Positions 1-9,097 of a stretch of 64,000 nucleotides of DNA are shown here, piece after piece. Positions within the stretch are counted from its first letter, which is position 1. Each line of letters opens with the position of its first letter. This stretch comes from Candidatus Thorarchaeota archaeon (GTDB taxonomy: Archaea > Asgardarchaeota > Thorarchaeia > Thorarchaeales > Thorarchaeaceae), in the NCBI GenBank assembly GCA_011364985.1, contig RDOC01000004.1, positions 1 through 64,000 on the forward strand, given 5' to 3'. The notes beneath the pieces were generated by a model. That model was not told the DNA's origin, made no database searches, and saw nothing but the letters and a program-made list of their open reading frames with translations. The position numbers and the translations under genes are program-made.

Positions 1-4
1 TTAT

Positions 5-789
5 GTCACAGAAGAAGATCCCACATTAAGGGGATTGAAAGATGTGTCCGTTGCCTTAGTGGCGGCTGTGGTTTACTGGTGTCACAGAAGAAGATCCCAC
101 ATTAAGGGGATTGAAAGATAGGTGATCTTCAGAACATCTCCAAGTCCAACACCAGTCACAGAAGAAGATCCCACATTAAGGGGATTGAAAGATAGTATCC
201 TATACAGGTTCCAATCATCCTTCCCAAAGGTCACAGAAGAAGATCCCACATTAAGGGGATTGAAAGGAGTAGCCATCCTCTCCTCTCCTTTTTCAGATGT
301 TGCCGTCACAGAAGAAGATCCCACATTAAGGGGATTGAAAGTCTATTATCCAGTTGCCATTGCTGCTTCTCTGTTCTGGTCACAGAAGAAGATCCCACAT
401 TAAGGGGATTGAAAGCAGTAGAGAGAGAATGATCCCTTGTATGCCTGAGATGCAGTCACAGAAGAAGATCCCACATTAAGGGGATTGAAAGGTTGGTGTT
501 TCGCAGACACCTGATGATATTCTCGTTGTAGTCACAGAAGAAGATCCCACATTAAGGGGATTGAAAGCAAGGGCATGGTTTCTCTTTCGAACTGGTGTTA
601 CCAAGTCACAGAAGAAGATCCCACATTGAGGGGATTGAAAGCAGTCATTGCCGGGTGTGCCCAGATAGTATGTTGCTGACCATGGAACAAGATTCCACAA
701 GAAAGCGATTGAAAATGCGGAATATTCCGTATTCAGTGGTGCGCTAACAATTGTTTCACAAACGAATCCCGGACCGAGGGGATTGGAAA
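5..789 (+). CRISPR. CRISPR array, trailer end (array probably continues left of the window)
   Basis: Repeat GTCACAGAAGAAGATCCCACATTAAGGGGATTGAAAG (37 bp) starts at 5, 81, 155, 230, 305, 379, 455, 531 and 605 (the last has 1 mismatch). Degenerate copies lie at 679-715 and 753-789. Spacers are unique, 37-39 bp. The 3' ATTGAAAG end and degeneration on the right indicate + orientation. Confidence 0.98.
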
Positions 790-865
790 ACAATATTTGG
801 AAGCATGCGAAATGGTGCCAGTATGCAAAAGGCACCGGTGGAGGTACCTTCACCTTGACAGGTGA

Positions 866-2584
866 CTGCCTCTGTGGTAGCAATGTTCTGATTGTGTTTA
901 TGAGGAGTTATGCGGAGGCTGCCTCGGGGAGAGCTGTATCCATGCCAGAATGACGATTCCAGCAGCCGCTAGCTTTGACAGTAAGTGTCTCTTCTGCCAG
1001 ATGAAAGGCATCAGCAGGACTTGCCCAACCAGTAGTCTAGCCCCTCCCAAGGAGTTTTATTGTGCAGGGCCATGGGTACTGAAGGACATCATCGGGGAGT
1101 AGAACCTGCACAGGGACCTATATACTGCACAGTCCTCAGAGCCTGATTGGCCACTACTGATACCAGAAGTATCTGACATCACCGAGACCACTTCACGGCT
1201 CGGAGTCTGGTCAGACGAGGGAGAGTGGGAGATTGACGAGTGGGACCCCATTGCCTGGGACATGACCGGGAATCTCTTTGATAAGATTCAGGGAGCACCG
1301 TGGGCCCATGATGCTGAGGACCTGGTCGAGCAGGACTGGATGGATATTCTCGGACCAAAGGAGAACTGGATTCGCAATATCCTCCTTGTTGATAGACTGC
1401 CTGATGCCTTGGCCATACAGACCCCACCTACGGGCATCATGGTTGCATATCTCAACAGGATATGGGCCTATAACTGGCGAATGCTTCCAGAGGATGCGCC
1501 AAGACTGTGGCTACTTACCCACGGGTATCCAAGTTATATTGACTGGCCTCCTGCCTGGCACTGGAACTTGGGAATACGGATGCTCTCCAGTCTGGCAGAC
1601 TACATTGGCTCCCAGACCTATGGACTGATGGGAGCAGACAGGGGCACGCAGTACCCGGATGGAAAGAAGAAACTGAAGAGAGACACGCGTATTCCATTCT
1701 CATCTGCTCCCAAATATGAGCAGCTTCTGTGGGACCCGGATGCGGACTATGGGGGCGGCAGAGAGATGGACTGGGTGCGATTTCCTGGGATCATTCCTTT
1801 TGTGCCCGATGCTGACACTAACCAGCTGTCGTGGTTCACGAAGATGGTCATCAAGATGGGCTATACCACCGCCGCCCTCGATGCTCTCAACTCCATTGCC
1901 CATGAGAACTTCAGGGGGCTCACTGAGGCGGTTTCCGCGGTCTTGGGGGCTGGTGCAGAGCATGTCATCGTCTACGGCCCGTGGCCTCTGCATCCGCCCA
2001 GGAAATATGTGCCAATCCACAGGGTCTCGTACATTCCAGCTGCGATCCACATGGACCTGACGAATCAGCCGCGGAGATTCTGGAGAAGAAAGACTGAACA
2101 GGCAAAGAGCGAGAAGCGAAGATGGAGAAGACTTCCCAACTATCGGTGGGTCACGCTGGGTGAAGTCGTCCATAACACTGACGTGGAGATGTGTGACTGT
2201 CCAGCATGTCAGGCTGCCAGAACCAAGGAAACCGACCCTCGTAGCATATGGAGATGGGGGCATATGTTGCACGCAGGAAAGGAATGGCAGAGCCGTGCAA
2301 ACAGAGCCAAGAAGAGAAAACAAGAACCAGCACCACCAGAGCAAAGCACACGCCTGTGGTATCAGGAACCATCGTATGCTGTCTTCAGAAAGTGCCTGCA
2401 TTATCCACCCGAGATTCAGTGGAGAGGTATCGAAGACATTATTGAGAGTATCGTGTTCACTGAAACTAGGATGGAGGTTCGTTTTCCTGATGGTGTGGTG
2501 GTTCCATCGACAGAGATTGTCTGGTCATGGTGGGATGAGGGGCACCACTGGAACTGGAAATGGCCATTCCTTGAAGATTCTTAG
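866..2584 (+). pseudogene. DUF4417/TGT-barrel-like protein with Cys-rich N-terminus, interrupted by two in-frame TAG codons (intact downstream ORF 1262-2584)
   Basis: The frame of ORF 1262-2584 stays protein-like upstream (QCSDCVYEELCGGCLGESC...KCLFCQ...CP) apart from TAG at 878-880 and 1100-1102. Motifs GYPSYIDWP..WHWN, GIIPFV, HVIVYG and CDCPAC. The start codon is uncertain. Confidence 0.55.
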
Positions 2585-2616
2585 CTGTGACGCTCGTGAT
2601 GTGGAAGAATAGATAC

Positions 2617-4203
2617 TCAAATTGGAACTGGAAGGCCTAGTGCAATTAGCCCCATTTTTGCCATGTTCCAGAATATGTTTCCAACACCTTTCTTTGCTAA
2701 GTCAGCCGCTCCACCGCTAATGGCGTCCTTGACCTTGTCAATTATTGACTTCCCAATGCCGAGCTTCTCAGAGATGGCCTCAATTCTTGCTAGCATGTCC
2801 CCAATTGCCTGATTCAATGTTTGCTGGCCTATGCTTACCTGAGTTAGTTTTTCACCGGCTAACGCTAGGATTTCCTTTGCCAATTGGGATGTAGAATCTG
2901 TTCTATCTCCCAGTTCCAGCAATTTGCTTTGGATGTCGTTCATCTTCTCCTTACTCTCCCCTGCGGCAACCATGAGACGCTCCGAATTGGAAAGAACATA
3001 GTCGATTTTGCGCTCAATAAGGCAGAGCTTCTCCATCAATCTCTGAATCTCATGAACTCCGTGTGTGGTCATACTACCTCCTTCCGACCCAAATTCCAAG
3101 GTCATAGGTTCACTTGGTGAAACTGGAAGAAAAAGAACAGCTGCCGCATGAAGTCCTGTGGTCTTACCTTTGCCATGCGCTCGGATAACAACTGAAGTTG
3201 ACTCCCTTTCAATTGGAAGAGTATACATATTGCTCTCATTTAGGGCTGAAGTCAGCGCCTTAATTGATTCATCATCAGGCGGAGCCAATAGTGAGAGAGG
3301 CATTGTTGCCTTTTCAAGGCCCACATAGAGTGTCTGAAACTCCTCTGGTTTGATTTCTTCCGGTTTAAGCAGGTCACAGACATGTTTGATGACCTTTGGC
3401 TTCACAGCTATGGTATGTCGCAAGCCCCTATGGTCATAATAGGACACATCTGCATGAATATCACGACCAACACATCGTTCAGAGAGAACATCAAAACGAT
3501 AGGTGACTGTTTCAAATGCACCTGGTTTGAGGTTGTCTATTTTACGATTCGGAGACCCATTAAGTGACAGCAAATTGTCAGGATAATCCGCAAGCATGAC
3601 CGTTGCTCCAGATATCAGGAAATCAGATTGGTTTTGTACCTTTACCTTAAACACGAATTGGTTTTGACTACGTCCTAGGTCACGAAGTACAATTAGGGGT
3701 CTAGTTGTGTCTGCTAGTTGTTCTGATTCCCGAAAACTCTCCCCCAATTCGATTTGGGCTTCCTCATCGGGCGAAGATTCAAGAAGCGTGATATCACTAT
3801 CCGGATGACGACCTTCATTGACGATTGAATCATCAGTGAAGTCAAATTCAAGAAAACCAGTTTGTTTTGTATGCAGACATACTAGGATTACATATTCGCC
3901 AGGTTTCAGTGAAACATCGGACTGCCGAAATTGAAATTCCTCTCCAACCCAAAATGGCATGGGTTTGTCCTCGGATATATCGGATGCTAGATATTCTATG
4001 TTATTTGTGAGGTTTATTATTGTTAGATTTTCAATTGGACATTTTTCTTTGTTAATAACAATAGGAGCAATTTTCACAACAGTCTCAGATAAGAGAGAGT
4101 TCCTAAGTGAGAAGAAGAAACCATTAGATACTATTCTGAAGCTTTGTTTTATGTACATATTTCTGAGAATGAATGTAGGTATCTTCAAGAGTTTCTCTTC
4201 CAA
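2617..4203 (-). CDS. Multidomain hypothetical protein: N-terminal beta domain, adaptin/coatomer appendage-like middle region, C-terminal coiled coil
   Basis: 528-aa ORF; Ig-like segment FKVKVQNQS...DVSYYD followed by LKPEEIKPEEF; heptad-rich C-terminus. Confidence 0.7.
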   Translation of the reverse strand: MEEKLLKIPTFILRNMYIKQSFRIVSNGFFFSLRNSLLSETVVKIAPIVINKEKCPIENLTIINLTNNIEYLASDISEDKPMPFWVGEEFQFRQSDVSLKPGEYVILVCLHTKQTGFLEFDFTDDSIVNEGRHPDSDITLLESSPDEEAQIELGESFRESEQLADTTRPLIVLRDLGRSQNQFVFKVKVQNQSDFLISGATVMLADYPDNLLSLNGSPNRKIDNLKPGAFETVTYRFDVLSERCVGRDIHADVSYYDHRGLRHTIAVKPKVIKHVCDLLKPEEIKPEEFQTLYVGLEKATMPLSLLAPPDDESIKALTSALNESNMYTLPIERESTSVVIRAHGKGKTTGLHAAAVLFLPVSPSEPMTLEFGSEGGSMTTHGVHEIQRLMEKLCLIERKIDYVLSNSERLMVAAGESKEKMNDIQSKLLELGDRTDSTSQLAKEILALAGEKLTQVSIGQQTLNQAIGDMLARIEAISEKLGIGKSIIDKVKDAISGGAADLAKKGVGNIFWNMAKMGLIALGLPVPI

Positions 4204-4473
4204 GCCAAAGGTTCATTTTTGCATAATTATGGGTGGGATATATGAGTTTCTTAGTAAGCTTTCATAGTACTTTGATTATCACATACAACCGATTGCAAAA
4301 GAAAAGGACTTGGATGAGGTCGAGAATCCTATTGATTATGTTTATGAATCTCTTGTTGGATTCCACCTTTGCTCTAGATGGGAGCCTTCCGACCTTTTAG
4401 TGTTCAGGAAGTTACGGACACAAAAAGGGCTACTCAGACTTGCTAGAGAAAGAGTAGCCCGGAGAACTGCATC

Positions 4474-5503
4474 ATGTCTGGTGGGAAAAAAGGCAAGGTT
4501 GACCCTTACTATCAAAAAGACCCACCCAAGCGCGCCAGAGGAACAGATCCTCAGTCCCAGATGAAGAGTTACAAGAACGCCGTCAAGCCTTTGCGAATCG
4601 AGGTGGGGGCAAATGGTAAGAAGAAGTATGTCTACAGGTGTGAACACTGCGGGGAGGAGTTCAAGACTGACAAACGTAAGAAACACAGACGGGCATTTCA
4701 CGATAAGAAATGTCAATATGAGTGGCATAAGTACTGACAAGAGAAGGCAGAGTTTACCGATGAGCTAAGGTAAAAGTTCTCTCAAGCTCAAAAGAAGGTA
4801 TGGAAGACCCCTAAGGTTCGCGATAGAAGAATAAAGGGGATTCGTCGAGCGGCAAAAGATCCCAAATGGCTAAGGCGCCGGAAGAGAGCTGCTCAGCAAG
4901 TGGCAAGTCGACCTGAATGGAGAGAGAAGCAATCGAAAGCAAAGACCGGAAGATATGTACCAGTTCTTGTCGGCAGTACAGCATCTGCACGAACGTACAA
5001 GAAGCAATCGAAAGCAAAGACCGGAAGATATGTACCTCCGGAAGTAGGTCAAAAAATATCCAAGGCAAAAATGGGGTATCCCGTTTCCAAAGAAACAAGA
5101 AGAAAACTTTCCGAAGCTAATTAATAAGGGAGAGAGAAGTAGGTTTTGGAAGGGTGTTGTTTCAAGCAAAAAGCAGCGCTTCTATCGCAGCTGGAAATGG
5201 CGGATGCAAGCAGCCAGGGTAAAACGAAGAGATGACAACACCTGCCAAGCATGTGGATGGACAGAAAGAGAAGCAGGAGAACTTGGAGTTCATCATATCA
5301 AGCCGCTTGAAGACTGGGAGGGCAATCCTCATGACTATCCCGATGAGTTGCTTTGCACTCTATGTAAGGTATGTCACACCATATCCGAGGCCCAAGGAGG
5401 AGAAATGAAATGGCCAATCAATGGCAGAGGAGAGGATGTAAAGTATGAGAGACTGAATAATCCAGAATGGCGTCAATCTAGACTTCCGGAATTCAGCAGT
5501 TAA
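4474..5503 (+). pseudogene. Decayed Zn-finger/NUMOD3/HNH endonuclease
   Basis: ORFs 4474-4737 and 4900-5124 share a frame, split by TGA 4735 and TAA 4771. A TAAT duplication at 5118-5125 shifts the frame into the HNH part (RDDNTCQACG...VHHIKP...LCTLCKVCH). NUMOD3-like KISKAKMG..VSKETRRKLSEAN. Confidence 0.85.
4925..5036. repeat. Perfect 37-bp direct repeat flanking a 38-bp unique insert
   Basis: AGAAGCAATCGAAAGCAAAGACCGGAAGATATGTACC at 4925-4961 and 5000-5036; insert at 4962-4999. Confidence 0.97.
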
Positions 5504-7641
5504 AGCGTGTATCTATGTCTATCTAGGAACTCTTGACGTTTTGATTTGTTCCAGGTCGCAATAGACTGGGCGTACCCGGTCACTCTGCTAATGATATCCA
5601 CCCCAACACGTCCGCATTTTGGACAGGGAATCTTATCCAGATCTTCAATAGCAGCGAAACGAGCTTCACGCCAGTTGATACCCTCTTGATGCAAACAGGA
5701 CGGGCAGCTCAGTACATCTTTCGTGAAGGCCCAATACGCAGACAAGGTGTCCCTTGCAATCTTCATATTGAGAGCCCAGAGAGCATCAGGATCAGGATTT
5801 GCCTCGCCCAAGAAGATGTGAGTGAGTGCCCCGCCATCAAGATAGGGATGGAACATTCCTTCCTTCTTGATGCGCTCGCTCAAGGGAAGGTCAGCCCCAA
5901 CATAGAGGGCCGTTGAGTTCGTATAGTAGACATTGGGAGTCTCTCCCTTCAGATACTTCCGAATCCCGGTATATGCTTTGTAATCCTTGAGGGCCAACCG
6001 CCCTGCTGCACTCTCGGCTGGCGTTCTGGTCACTCCGAAATGGAGGCCAGTTTCATCTTGGAACTCCTCGGCTCGCTTCTTCAGATGCTTTAGCACCTTT
6101 ATGCCGAACTTCGTGCCCTCGCGTTCATGAAGCTCATGGTCCGTTTGAATCTTGGTCATCTCGGTGAAGCCTACGGTCCCTAGCAGGAATTCTCTCTTGC
6201 TCATGTCAATGAGCGGTTCGCCGTTGGGCTTTGGTTGGGTATAGAAGGGCACTGAGCCGGAGGCAATGAGTCGGTCCATGAGAGCCTTCTTCTCCAATAT
6301 GACCTGCTTCGATAGGTCAAGATATTCGTCTACCTTTGCAAAGAACCTGTCTTCATCGGCCCGGCCAATGTAGGCTGCACGTCCAAAGTTTGGAGTCACC
6401 ATCTGAGAGGCCCCGAAGACCATGTTCCCTGAGAGGAACTCCTCCATTTCTTCATCACTACTAGCAGTCCATAAATGAGAACAGCAGCTGCTGCAGCCGG
6501 CCTCTATCGTTGAGCGCCAGTTGAGGTAATTTTCGAAATAGGGTGAACCTCGTTCTGCAGTGAGTCTGGCTACCAATCTCCACGACTCGTCAAATTCGGG
6601 TTTCATGAACTCCTCCCGAAGTACGATATTTGGTTTCGGAAAGTTAAAGCCCTTCCCCTTCATATCACCATCAATCATGATTTCCATGAAGGCATTGAAG
6701 AATCTCTGAGCCTCGTCTTCGTAGTCAGCGTAAGTATCCCCATTTGTTTTGCCACCAGGAAGGATCGCAGGGACATCACGCATTATCTTTGGAATGCCTG
6801 GGGTAAGGTCTACACTGGAGAAGATGACCTGACCGCCTCGTGCAACGTACTGCTGTGTAAGCGTGAAAATGAGTTGCTGAGCAGCCTGCTTGATTTTCCT
6901 GTAAGGAAGACCTCTCATGTAGGGGGCGAGGAAGGTATTGTAGTAGAAGTAACCCTGACCACCTGCGAAAGAACTCTGTGCTGCAGCCAACCAGATAGCA
7001 GAATGATTCACCACAACGTTCAGGTGCTGAGCAGGGCCAGCTGAAGAAGAATGGAGACCGCCTAAACCATCGGGGGCAATTCCGAGCTGCAGCACCTGTC
7101 GCAGGTCCCATGTGGCACAGTAGTCCCTCGTGGAAAAATACTCACGGTCTTTGATGTAGATGTCTCCGCGCATATGAGCATCAGCAAGATGTGTCGGAAT
7201 TGATAGGTATGTGTGTTGTTCCATCACTTGATCGTGAACAAGCTTAGCAATAGTCTCAGGATTACGCATGAGATTGGCGTTGCTGGTGTGGTTGCTAGGA
7301 TCATGAATGAGAAGGTTCAGGTCGTACATAGGCACACCCACACGAGTATAGAGAATGCGAGCCTTCTCAAAGCCAAGCTCGGCTAAGACACTGTTGCACA
7401 TCTCCCGAATCAGAGGACCTGACAGAAACTTGATTCCTGATGCTGCAATCCGGTCCATCACCTTGAGAGCAACGAGCTGTGCATCTGCACGACCTAGTTG
7501 TGCCTCAAGGACAAGGCTATCGATTATGCGATCTACATCAAAGGGCTCAAGAGTACTGCTTGTAGTTCTGACTTTGGGCAGCTTCTTCTCTCGCGACTTC
7601 AAGTCCTTATAGGTTGCTATGGCATTGCGGATATCAGTCAT
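5500..7641 (-). CDS. nrdD: Anaerobic (class III) ribonucleoside-triphosphate reductase with ATP-cone
   Basis: N-terminal ATP-cone, TPAES, CPSC/CPKCG Zn site, RVTGY glycyl-radical motif. Confidence 0.95.
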   Translation of the reverse strand: MTDIRNAIATYKDLKSREKKLPKVRTTSSTLEPFDVDRIIDSLVLEAQLGRADAQLVALKVMDRIAASGIKFLSGPLIREMCNSVLAELGFEKARILYTRVGVPMYDLNLLIHDPSNHTSNANLMRNPETIAKLVHDQVMEQHTYLSIPTHLADAHMRGDIYIKDREYFSTRDYCATWDLRQVLQLGIAPDGLGGLHSSSAGPAQHLNVVVNHSAIWLAAAQSSFAGGQGYFYYNTFLAPYMRGLPYRKIKQAAQQLIFTLTQQYVARGGQVIFSSVDLTPGIPKIMRDVPAILPGGKTNGDTYADYEDEAQRFFNAFMEIMIDGDMKGKGFNFPKPNIVLREEFMKPEFDESWRLVARLTAERGSPYFENYLNWRSTIEAGCSSCCSHLWTASSDEEMEEFLSGNMVFGASQMVTPNFGRAAYIGRADEDRFFAKVDEYLDLSKQVILEKKALMDRLIASGSVPFYTQPKPNGEPLIDMSKREFLLGTVGFTEMTKIQTDHELHEREGTKFGIKVLKHLKKRAEEFQDETGLHFGVTRTPAESAAGRLALKDYKAYTGIRKYLKGETPNVYYTNSTALYVGADLPLSERIKKEGMFHPYLDGGALTHIFLGEANPDPDALWALNMKIARDTLSAYWAFTKDVLSCPSCLHQEGINWREARFAAIEDLDKIPCPKCGRVGVDIISRVTGYAQSIATWNKSKRQEFLDRHRYTL

Positions 7642-7644
7642 TCG

Positions 7645-7914
7645 TTAGCTCACTCCAAGCGACCTGCGAACGTCTTCAATAGAGGGCACCTTCCCGCTGT
7701 ACAGAAGTTCCAGTGACCCTTCATTCTCAACGACTATGCTGGGAGTGGATGCTATGAAGATTTGACTCTCCAACATCCTGAAATCGAGGTCCTCATCAAC
7801 ATCAAGAAGGTCAACGACTTTGATAGGAATCCCGGTTCCCTCAAGGGCTTCCTGTACAACAGCCTTCGCTGCAGGACAGTTGACGCACTGCTCTTGTGTA
7901 AAAAGATACAACAT
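7645..7914 (-). CDS. Glutaredoxin/thioredoxin-like (NrdH-like) protein
   Basis: CVNC and STP motifs, 3 bp upstream of nrdD; likely start is ATG 7914 (ORF track gives 7959). Confidence 0.85.
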   Translation of the reverse strand: MLYLFTQEQCVNCPAAKAVVQEALEGTGIPIKVVDLLDVDEDLDFRMLESQIFIASTPSIVVENEGSLELLYSGKVPSIEDVRRSLGVS

Positions 7915-8359
7915 ACTAAATGGAATGATTTGTCCTCTCCCGGCGTATGTTCTCAACACTCCTTCCCCAGAGGAAGGGTATTGTAGGGTTGGGTTGTTGG
8001 AGAATATATAGCTTGTTACGGTGCAATATGGCTTCTAGTGTAGCTAGAAAGCACTCTGGGCTGAGTACAAAATGCTCTCGGAAGCTTCTTGGGTTCTTCA
8101 CATCTCAAAGTCATCCCGCCCCTTGATAAAGTCCTACCTGATTGCCAACAAAGGCACCCAGGAAGTGCAAATCTTGCATCTCTTGCTGATGCTTGATGAG
8201 CAGCTGTCCTCATTGGACAGAAAGCACTCAATCCATCAAAAGGAGTTAAAGTCGCGCCAAACACCTTGGACGAGAAGCTCTTGAGATGTCAACATACAGC
8301 CGTGAAGCAATAGTGATAAGTCGCGGTTTGGTAGTCCGAGGAAGGAACATGAACACTGA

Positions 8360-8998
8360 GTGGTGCCATTAACAATGCCATTGTATATTCGTGCAAAATC
8401 ACCGGTTGAGGCATGGAAACGCGTGGTGCATAGAATCATGGACGATGGCCAGCGTAGGATCGATGAAAGAGGCATCGAAACACGGTGGCATGCTAACGTG
8501 ATGATACATATCATGGACCCCTACACAGACAGGGTATGTGGTGATTATCCATTCAGCGAGAAAGTCCTGAAGGAGAAATATGCCACGCAGCTCTTGAACC
8601 CCGATCGAATGGACTTCGACTATACATATGGTGAAAGGCTCAACGCATGGGGTAACGAGAAACTGAATCAGATAGACTATGTCATCAGAAAGCTTAGAGA
8701 AACACCAAACACAAGACGTGCTGTTGCAACTACATGGGACCCCAGAAAAGACACCTTGGTGGACGAGGTTCCTTGTCTGAATCACTTTGTATTCATGGTG
8801 AGGGAGGATGGTCTAGACCTCAGCGTGATGATAAGGTCAAATGACATGTTTGGAGCCTGGCCAGCAAATGTATACGGTTTGGGAGAACTACTCCAATATG
8901 TGTCTAAACAAGCCAATCTCGAAACAGGTACGTTGACAACGCTTTCAGTAAACGCCCACATATACAGTCATGATTGGAAGAAAGCTAGCAGTATATAG
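8360..8998 (+). CDS. thyA: Thymidylate synthase, archaeal type
   Basis: YTYGERL, TRRAV, VPCL, RSND, PAN, AHIY motifs. Confidence 0.93.
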   Translation: MVPLTMPLYIRAKSPVEAWKRVVHRIMDDGQRRIDERGIETRWHANVMIHIMDPYTDRVCGDYPFSEKVLKEKYATQLLNPDRMDFDYTYGERLNAWGNEKLNQIDYVIRKLRETPNTRRAVATTWDPRKDTLVDEVPCLNHFVFMVREDGLDLSVMIRSNDMFGAWPANVYGLGELLQYVSKQANLETGTLTTLSVNAHIYSHDWKKASSI

Positions 8999-9097
8999 AT
9001 AACAACAGGAGAAGTATGTATCCTAATAGGCATCAATATTAGCCGCCAATTTCGGATAGGTTACGATTCTTAACCTCACATAAGGAGCGTTGCAACA

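Noticed and set aside
42-752. Self-targeting spacers within the window
   Set aside because: No match was noticed by eye. This is not exhaustive and needs BLASTn.
82-883. ORFs 82-324, 122-403 and 476-883
   Set aside because: They are translations of CRISPR repeats and spacers, not genes.
878-1102. Genome-wide TAG recoding
   Set aside because: Many clear genes here (e.g. thyA, the acyltransferase, the EF-2 paralog, ileS) end at TAG at the expected length.
1262-4203. Possible cas genes next to the array
   Set aside because: No Cas1, Cas2, Cas6, RAMP, HD or helicase motifs were recognised in either ORF.
8016-8284. Short ORFs between nrdH and thyA
   Set aside because: No recognisable motifs; they overlap probable promoter regions.
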